From a virus, in the UHGV virus genome UHGV-0183437: DNA of 13,714 nt, one strand, 5' to 3'. Within the stretch, counting starts at the first letter, position 1. The number at the start of each line of letters is the position of its first letter. Both the position numbers and the translations under genes were made by a program. Of this stretch, positions 7,401 to 13,714 are shown piece after piece. The notes beneath the pieces are model-generated. The model was given only the letters and a program-made list of their open reading frames with translations. It did no database searches and was not told where the DNA came from.

Positions 7401-8819
7401 ATGCCGATTCAGCAACTTCCGCTTATGAAAGGTGTCGGCAAAGACTTTCGAAACGCCGACTATATCGACTATCTGCCAGTGAATATGCTGGCTACACCCA
7501 AAGAAATACTCAACAGCAGCGGATATCTTCGCTCATTCCCGGGCATTGCCAAACGATCTGATGTGAACGGTGTATCGCGCGGCGTCGAGTACAACATGGC
7601 GCAGAATGCTGTTTATCGCGTGTGTGGCGGCAAGCTGTATAAGGGCGAAAGTGAAGTCGGTGATGTTGCCGGAAGTGGTCGCGTATCAATGGCGCATGGT
7701 CGGGCATCACAGGCGGTAGGCGTTAATGGTCAACTGGTCGAGTATCGTTATGATGGCGCGGTCAAAACCGTCTCAAACTGGCCTACAGACAGCGGATTCA
7801 CACAGTATGAGTTAGGTTCTGTTCGTGACATTACGCGCTTACGTGGGCGTTATGCGTGGTCAAAAGACGGCACTGATTCATGGTTTATTACTGACCTTGA
7901 AGACGAATCGCATCCTGACCGTTACAGCGCACAATATCGCGCAGAATCGCAGCCGGACGGCATCATCGGTATCGGCACATGGCGAGACTTCATCGTCTGC
8001 TTTGGTTCATCGACGATTGAGTATTTTTCCCTGACTGGTGCAACCACCGTTGGTGCCGCTTTGTATGTCGCACAGCCATCGCTGATGGTGCAGAAAGGTA
8101 TTGCCGGAACCTACTGTAAAACTCCATTCGCTGACTCGTATGCGTTCATCAGCAATCCGGCAACAGGTGCGCCGTCTGTATACATCATCGGATCCGGTCA
8201 GGTATCACCAATCGCCAGCGCGAGCATTGAGAAAATCCTTCGTTCCTACACTGCTGATGAACTGGCTGATGGCGTGATGGAATCGTTGCGGTTTGATGCT
8301 CATGAGTTGCTGATTATTCACCTGCCGCGCCATGTTCTTGTTTACGACGCATCTTCAAGCGCCAATGGTCCGCAATGGTGTGTGTTGAAAACAGGCCTGT
8401 ATGACGATGTGTACCGCGCTATCGACTTCATTTACGAAGGCAATCAGATAACGTGCGGCGATAAGCTGGAGTCCGTGACCGGGAAATTGCAATTCGACAT
8501 CAGCAGCCAGTACGACAAGCAACAGGAACACCTGCTGTTTACTCCACTGTTCAAAGCGGATAACGCCAGAGTGTTCGACCTTGAGGTTGAATCGTCAACT
8601 GGCGTTGCGCAGTATGCTGACCGCCTTTTTCTCTCTGCAACCACTGACGGCATCAATTACGGGCGTGAGCAGATGATTGAGCAGAATGAACCGTTCGTTT
8701 ACGACAAACGCGTTTTGTGGAAGAAAGTAGGGCGCATCAGGAAAAACATTGGTTTCAAATTGCGCGTTATCACGAAGTCACCTGTCACTCTGTCTGGCGC
8801 TCAGATAAGGATTGAGTAA
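7401..8819 (+). CDS. Tail hub / head completion protein (P22 gp10-like)
   Basis: 472 aa, the same length as P22 gp10, in the gp4-gp10-gp26 order. GAGGTGA Shine-Dalgarno 5 nt before the ATG. Stop overlaps the next start (TAATG). Confidence 0.85.
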   Translation: MPIQQLPLMKGVGKDFRNADYIDYLPVNMLATPKEILNSSGYLRSFPGIAKRSDVNGVSRGVEYNMAQNAVYRVCGGKLYKGESEVGDVAGSGRVSMAHGRASQAVGVNGQLVEYRYDGAVKTVSNWPTDSGFTQYELGSVRDITRLRGRYAWSKDGTDSWFITDLEDESHPDRYSAQYRAESQPDGIIGIGTWRDFIVCFGSSTIEYFSLTGATTVGAALYVAQPSLMVQKGIAGTYCKTPFADSYAFISNPATGAPSVYIIGSGQVSPIASASIEKILRSYTADELADGVMESLRFDAHELLIIHLPRHVLVYDASSSANGPQWCVLKTGLYDDVYRAIDFIYEGNQITCGDKLESVTGKLQFDISSQYDKQQEHLLFTPLFKADNARVFDLEVESSTGVAQYADRLFLSATTDGINYGREQMIEQNEPFVYDKRVLWKKVGRIRKNIGFKLRVITKSPVTLSGAQIRIE

Positions 8820-9520
8820 TGGCGGATTCGAATCTCAATGTGCCGGTAATCATTCAGGCTACACGGCTCGACACATCAGTCCTTCCACGCAATATCTTCT
8901 CGCAGTCATATCTGCTTTACGTTATCGCACAGGGTACTGATGTTGGTAACGTGGCGAACAAGGCCAACGAGGCCGGACAGGGCGCTTATGACGCACAAGT
9001 CAGGAACGATGAGCAGGATGTGATTCTGGTCGATCACGAAGAAAGAATTCGTCAGCTCCGCATTGAAGTAGATGACCATGAAATCCGTATTGCTGCGAAT
9101 ACTGCGGCAATTGCAGAGCTGGATGTCAGACTAACCACGGCTGAAGGAGAAATAGTCACTTTACAGGCTGACGTCAGCGCTCTTGATGGCCGGGTTACGA
9201 CTGCTGAGAGCAACATTTCTGCATTACAGGACGACTATGTATCGAAAACAGCCACTGCAACACAATCGCTGGCATCTCCCCTCAATGTAACAACATCCTA
9301 TTCGGTCGGCGGCACCAAGGTTATTGGTGCTCGTCAGACAGGGTGGACAGCGGCTACAGGTACGGCTCTTCGCGGCTCATTCAACGCTAACCAGACATAC
9401 ACGGTAAGTGCCACATACACACGGTCTGAGGTGTCGGCTATGGCTACAGGATTGCAGCAGGCGCGGCAGCGTATCAAAGCTCTGGAAGATGCATTACGGA
9501 CTCATGGGTTGATTGACTGA
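8819..9520 (+). CDS. Tail needle (P22 gp26-like, short form without C-terminal knob)
   Basis: 233 aa, the same length as P22 gp26. Strong resemblance along the protein: N-terminus (VIIQATRLD...[21 protein letters not shown]), trimeric coiled-coil heptads in the middle, and C-terminal end ([14 protein letters not shown]). Confidence 0.93.
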   Translation: MADSNLNVPVIIQATRLDTSVLPRNIFSQSYLLYVIAQGTDVGNVANKANEAGQGAYDAQVRNDEQDVILVDHEERIRQLRIEVDDHEIRIAANTAAIAELDVRLTTAEGEIVTLQADVSALDGRVTTAESNISALQDDYVSKTATATQSLASPLNVTTSYSVGGTKVIGARQTGWTAATGTALRGSFNANQTYTVSATYTRSEVSAMATGLQQARQRIKALEDALRTHGLID

Positions 9521-9975
9521 TGATTACATTCAAACCAACGCGAAACATCGACCTGATAGAAGCAGTAGGAAATCACCCTGACATTATCGCCGGGAGCAAC
9601 AACGGTGATGGATACGACTACAAACCTGATTGCCGTTACTTTGAGGTGAACGTGCACGGGCAGTTCGGCGGCATTGTTTACTATCAGGAGATTCAGCCGC
9701 TTACATTCGATTGCCACGCCATGTACCTGCCAGAGGTTCGTGGATTCAGCAAGGAAATCGGGCTGGCGTTCTGGCGATACATTCTGACTAACACCACCGT
9801 TCAGTGCGTCACATCGTTCGCCGCACGCAAATTCCGCCACGGGCAGATTTACTGCGCAATGATTGGCCTTAAGCGTGTCGGAACCATCAAGAAATACTTC
9901 AAAGGCGTGGATGACGTGACGTTTTACAGCGCCACACGCGAAGAACTAATCGACTTCCTGAATCACGGGAGATAG
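9520..9975 (+). CDS. Probable virion assembly protein (P22 gp14 positional analogue)
   Basis: 151 aa ORF between the needle gene and the first ejection-protein gene, as in P22 order 26-14-7-20-16. Start overlaps the upstream stop (TGATG). Assigned by synteny and size only. Confidence 0.65.
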   Translation: MITFKPTRNIDLIEAVGNHPDIIAGSNNGDGYDYKPDCRYFEVNVHGQFGGIVYYQEIQPLTFDCHAMYLPEVRGFSKEIGLAFWRYILTNTTVQCVTSFAARKFRHGQIYCAMIGLKRVGTIKKYFKGVDDVTFYSATREELIDFLNHGR

Positions 9976-9977
9976 CC

Positions 9978-10670
9978 ATGTTATATGCATTTAAGCTGGG
10001 CAGAAAGCTGCGCGGAGAGGAACCTTATTGCCCTGAAAAAGGCGGGAAAGGTGGCAGTTCTGATAAAAGTGCAAAGTATGCAGCAGAAGCTCAGAAGTAT
10101 GCCGCAGACCTGCAAAATCAGCAGTTCAACACCATCATGAACAACCTGAAGCTGTTTACTCCTCTGGCTGATAAGTATGTCGGCAGCCTCGAGAACTTAT
10201 CGTCTCTGGAAGGGCAAGGTCAGGCACTTAACCAGTATTACAACTCTCAGCAGTACAAAGATCTTGCAGGTCAGGCTCGCTATCAGAGTCTGGCGGCAGC
10301 AGAGGCAACGGGTGGATTAGGCTCTACAGCAACAGGAAACCAGTTAGCAACAATCGCACCAACGCTTGGTCAGCAATGGCTGTCTGGTCAGATGAACAAC
10401 TACCAGAATCTGGCAAATATTGGTCTTGGCGCACTGCAAGGTCAGGCAAACGCCGGGCAGACATATGCCAACAACATGAGTCAGATTTCGCAGCAAAGTG
10501 CGGCTCTTGCAGCGGCAAATGCCAACAGACCATCAGCAATGCAATCTGCTATTGGCGGAGGTGCGTCTGGTGCTATTGCTGGGGCCAGACTTGCGAAATT
10601 AATTGGTTCATCAACTCCGTGGGGGGCTGCGATCGGCGGCGGTCTTGGTCTGCTTGGCTCGTTGTTTTAA
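9978..10670 (+). CDS. Ejection (internal virion) protein, P22 gp7-like
   Basis: 230 aa (P22 gp7 is about 229 aa). Gln/Asn/Ala-rich body and glycine-rich hydrophobic C-terminus (AIGGGASGAIAGARLAKLIGSSTPWGAAIGGGLGLLGSLF). Position matches gene 7. Confidence 0.75.
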   Translation: MLYAFKLGRKLRGEEPYCPEKGGKGGSSDKSAKYAAEAQKYAADLQNQQFNTIMNNLKLFTPLADKYVGSLENLSSLEGQGQALNQYYNSQQYKDLAGQARYQSLAAAEATGGLGSTATGNQLATIAPTLGQQWLSGQMNNYQNLANIGLGALQGQANAGQTYANNMSQISQQSAALAAANANRPSAMQSAIGGGASGAIAGARLAKLIGSSTPWGAAIGGGLGLLGSLF

Positions 10671-10680
10671 GGGGTAATCA

Positions 10681-12060
10681 ATGGCTACGTGGCAACAGGG
10701 TATTAATTCTGGTGGTTTTCTGGCTGGCATCGGTACGCAAAATGAGAATGCGCCAAAGGCAAGCGACATTAACGCAACGCTTGGTCTGATCCGCGAAAAC
10801 AATGAACTGGCTCGCTCAGGTGTAAATAACGTTGGCCTGACCGCGTTACGTGGTCTGGCTGGAGTTGCTGATATTTACAATCAGGAACAGCAACAGAAAG
10901 CTATTAGTGCGTTCAATAAGGTTCACGCTGATGCATGGGCTTCTGGTGATCCATCGGGACTATTTAAGTTTGCCCAGGAAAATCCAGCGTTTGTTGCACA
11001 GGCACAACAGGCGTTTTCCGGTCTTAATGATCAGCAACGCAACGATATGGGCGATTTAGCCATGAGGGCTAACGTCGCTCTTTCTCAGGGACCGGAAGCC
11101 TACAGTAAATTCATTACTGACAACAAGGACAGGTTAAATCGCGTTGGTGCTAATGCTGACTGGATGATTCAGACAGGTATCCAGAATCCAGAGCAGCTAT
11201 CACACATGCTGACTACTATGTCTCTCGGTGCGCTTGGACCAGAAAAGGCGTTTGCTGTTCAGGACAAAATGGCTGGTCGTGAGATTGACCGAGGAAGACT
11301 GGCAGAGACAATCCGCAGCAATCAGGCTGGCGAGGCGCTAACAGCGCGTGGTCAGAATATCACGATGCGCGGTCAGGATTTATCGATGCAGAGAGCATCA
11401 ATGAAAGGGGCGGTTGGGAATAATGAGCGTACAGTTCAGTTAGCAGATGGCAGAACTGTAACGGTAGGCGGGAAGCTTCACGGCGCTGGGGCTAATGCGT
11501 TCTACGAAGGTATCGACAACGAGGGGAATATGGTTCGCGTCCCTGCTGGCTCTATTGCCGCTCCGGCTACATCGGCAGCAAGCGCGCAGAATTACGCAAT
11601 GAAGAAAGATCTTGATGCAATTTCTGGTGCATCAATTGACGATCTTGGCTTCATGACTGGCATTACAGGCTCTTCAGGTTCTCCTGCTCTTGGTGCAGAT
11701 ATTCGTAGCCGTGCATCTGGTGGTGATCAGAGGAAACTATACAACGCTGCACAGCGAATCCAAGGAAAGATGCAGAATCAGGGCATTGCAGCAGCCAGAG
11801 ACATGGGGGCATCCGGTATCAACACCGTTGCAGAAGCAAAGATGTATTTTCAAGGTATGCCACAGGTTGATTTCTCAAGCCCTGAAGCACTGCAACAATC
11901 AATGCGCGACATTAAGCAATATACCGACAATTACAACCAGCAATATAACGTTAATGTCGGTAATGGAGGGAAGAAATCATCAATGCAACAGCCGCCTACT
12001 CAGCAATCAGCAGGAGGTAGCTACACGTCAAAATCAGGCATTCAATTTACGGTGGAATGA
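10681..12060 (+). CDS. Ejection (internal virion) protein, P22 gp20-like
   Basis: 459 aa (P22 gp20 is about 471 aa). Gly/Ala/Gln-rich, low-complexity Q/N-rich C-terminus. AAGGGG Shine-Dalgarno upstream. ATGA overlap with the next gene at 12057-12060. Confidence 0.75.
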   Translation: MATWQQGINSGGFLAGIGTQNENAPKASDINATLGLIRENNELARSGVNNVGLTALRGLAGVADIYNQEQQQKAISAFNKVHADAWASGDPSGLFKFAQENPAFVAQAQQAFSGLNDQQRNDMGDLAMRANVALSQGPEAYSKFITDNKDRLNRVGANADWMIQTGIQNPEQLSHMLTTMSLGALGPEKAFAVQDKMAGREIDRGRLAETIRSNQAGEALTARGQNITMRGQDLSMQRASMKGAVGNNERTVQLADGRTVTVGGKLHGAGANAFYEGIDNEGNMVRVPAGSIAAPATSAASAQNYAMKKDLDAISGASIDDLGFMTGITGSSGSPALGADIRSRASGGDQRKLYNAAQRIQGKMQNQGIAAARDMGASGINTVAEAKMYFQGMPQVDFSSPEALQQSMRDIKQYTDNYNQQYNVNVGNGGKKSSMQQPPTQQSAGGSYTSKSGIQFTVE

Positions 12061-13655
12061 TGAAAGTAACTGCAAACGGTAAGACATTTACCTTCCCTGA
12101 TGGTACGAGCACCGAAGATATTGGCACCGCTATTGATGAGTATTTTGCTGGTCAGGCTGTTCAGCAACAAACAGTTAATCAGGCCAATAATGAACCAGCA
12201 CGTGAAGAACCATCATTGATGCAACAAGCTGGCGATTGGCTCACAGGTGGTCAAAGTGCAGGGCAAATTGCAGAGCAGGCTGGTCGTGGTCTGGTAAACA
12301 TACCATTTGACGTATTGCAGGGTGGCGCAAGTCTGATTAATGCAATCAGCCAGGGGCTTGGTGGCCCCAAGGTTTTGGACGATGTCTATCGTCCAGTAGA
12401 TCGACCAACAGACCCTTATGCGCAAGCTGGAGAAACAATTGGTGGGTATTTAGTTCCAGGAGTTGGAACGGCAGGAAGCATGGCTATTGGATCGCTGGCA
12501 GAGGCCGCAAATCAGAAAGGCGATTTCGCACAAAATGCAGCTAAAAATGCCGGAGTTAACCTTGCCGCTCAGGGTGTTCTTTCCGCAGCAGCAAAGGGAA
12601 TAGGGCGTGGAATAACGGCTATAAAAGGTGATATTGCGCCAGAAGTGGCGAAGAAAATTGCCACATCAGAATCGATGGGCGTGACACCAATGACATCTGA
12701 TGTTATCCCGCCGAAAAATGCTTTCACTCGCGGCCTTACTCAGGATGCCGAGGGGGCTTTGCTCGGGACGGGCTCAAAGCGAGCAGAGCAATATGCAACG
12801 CGTAGTAAGCTGGTAAGCAATTATTTTGACCGTTTTGGTGAGTACAACCCTGATGATGTGGTGAAATCTCTGACCACCACGTTAAGGGGGCGGAAGGATG
12901 CTGCTGGCGCTGTTATCAATGACGTCACCAATAAAATGGGTAATGCCGCAGTTGATACTACAAATACCATGAATGCTCTGAATACAGCGATCGCAAGACA
13001 GGAACGGCTTGGGACTTCAGCCAATCAAAGCCTGCTTACATCCTTGCGTAACCTGCGTGAAGAATTAGCAAACCCTGCAACTGATTTGGATGTTACGTTT
13101 GATCTCTTGCGTCAGCACAGAACAGCATTTAGATCTAATGTTCAGGGAGATGCTATGGTCTTCCCCAACCAGGCAAAAGCAGCTACCAATATGGTAGAGA
13201 ATGCAATGTCAAAAGACCTTCGTAACGCAGTTGCTAAAAACCTCGGTGCATCAGACGCAGCAAAATACCTTAAAGCAAATTCCGATTATGCAAACGTTTA
13301 TAATAAGGTGCTTAATAAAAACATTGCCAACAAGCTCAACAAGGCAAGCAGTGAAGCCAGTCCTGAACTTATAAATACCGTTGTATTAAGCAGAAAACCA
13401 TCTGACGTAAAACGAATCTGGAGCGCACTGGATGATAAGGGGAAAGATGCTATGCGTGCAGCTTACGTCAGCAAAATAGCGGAAAAGACCGGGGACTCTC
13501 CAGCCAAGTTCATCACTGAAGTTAATAAGCTGAAATCTCAGTCAGGCGGTGAAATTTACAACACTATTTTTTCTGGAAAGCACATGAAAGAGCTTGATGC
13601 TCTTCATGAAGTTCTACAGCAAACAGCAAGGTCAGATGATCTTACCCAGCAATAG
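12057..13655 (+). CDS. Ejection (internal virion) protein, P22 gp16-like
   Basis: 532 aa, third in the run of three ejection-protein genes; Ala/Gly/Gln-rich N-terminal half. Shorter than P22 gp16 (about 609 aa). Assigned by synteny and composition. Confidence 0.75.
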   Translation: MMKVTANGKTFTFPDGTSTEDIGTAIDEYFAGQAVQQQTVNQANNEPAREEPSLMQQAGDWLTGGQSAGQIAEQAGRGLVNIPFDVLQGGASLINAISQGLGGPKVLDDVYRPVDRPTDPYAQAGETIGGYLVPGVGTAGSMAIGSLAEAANQKGDFAQNAAKNAGVNLAAQGVLSAAAKGIGRGITAIKGDIAPEVAKKIATSESMGVTPMTSDVIPPKNAFTRGLTQDAEGALLGTGSKRAEQYATRSKLVSNYFDRFGEYNPDDVVKSLTTTLRGRKDAAGAVINDVTNKMGNAAVDTTNTMNALNTAIARQERLGTSANQSLLTSLRNLREELANPATDLDVTFDLLRQHRTAFRSNVQGDAMVFPNQAKAATNMVENAMSKDLRNAVAKNLGASDAAKYLKANSDYANVYNKVLNKNIANKLNKASSEASPELINTVVLSRKPSDVKRIWSALDDKGKDAMRAAYVSKIAEKTGDSPAKFITEVNKLKSQSGGEIYNTIFSGKHMKELDALHEVLQQTARSDDLTQQ

Positions 13656-13701
13656 TGGACACGCGGCTAAGTGAGTAAACTCTCAGTCAGAGGTGACTCA
13701 C

Positions 13702-13714
13702 ATGACAAAAACAG
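13702..13714 (+). CDS. 5' end of a further gene (truncated by window end), product unknown
   Basis: ATG at 13702 preceded by GAGGTGA (13690-13696) at ideal spacing; reading frame continues to the window edge. In P22 the region after gene 16 carries accessory genes (sieA, immI) and the tailspike. Confidence 0.3.

Noticed and set aside
11690-12082. 130-aa + strand ORF in an alternative frame overlapping the 3' end of the gp20-like gene
   Set aside because: Out-of-frame overlap within a well-supported gene, no Shine-Dalgarno, and a basic/Cys-containing composition unlike the neighbouring proteins. Most likely a chance open frame.
1-13714. Search for a defence or anti-defence system, CRISPR array, tRNA, integrase or transposase
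   Set aside because: No direct-repeat/spacer periodicity, no tRNA-like cloverleaf candidates noticed, and every long ORF is accounted for by a virion morphogenesis function in conserved P22-like order. I cannot support any claim of a novel system in this window.

Overview
The whole window is one co-directional (+ strand) block of tightly packed genes that reads as the virion morphogenesis and DNA-packaging module of a P22-like (Lederbergvirus-type) short-tailed phage or prophage of an enterobacterial host. Gene order, sizes and recognisable motifs follow the P22 late operon: orf80-like small ORF, small terminase, large terminase, portal, scaffold, coat, a small ORF, then analogues of P22 gp4, gp10, gp26 (tail needle), gp14, and the three ejection proteins gp7, gp20 and gp16. 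A further gene begins at the window edge. The terminase pair does not resemble P22 gp3/gp2 as I recall them, so the packaging genes look mosaic relative to the P22-like portal and head genes. The only clear non-coding signal is a textbook intrinsic terminator directly after the coat gene. I found no rRNA, tRNA, CRISPR array, transposase or integrase, and no convincing defence or anti-defence system; every long ORF is accounted for by virion functions. All homology statements are from motif and synteny recognition by eye, not from a database search.
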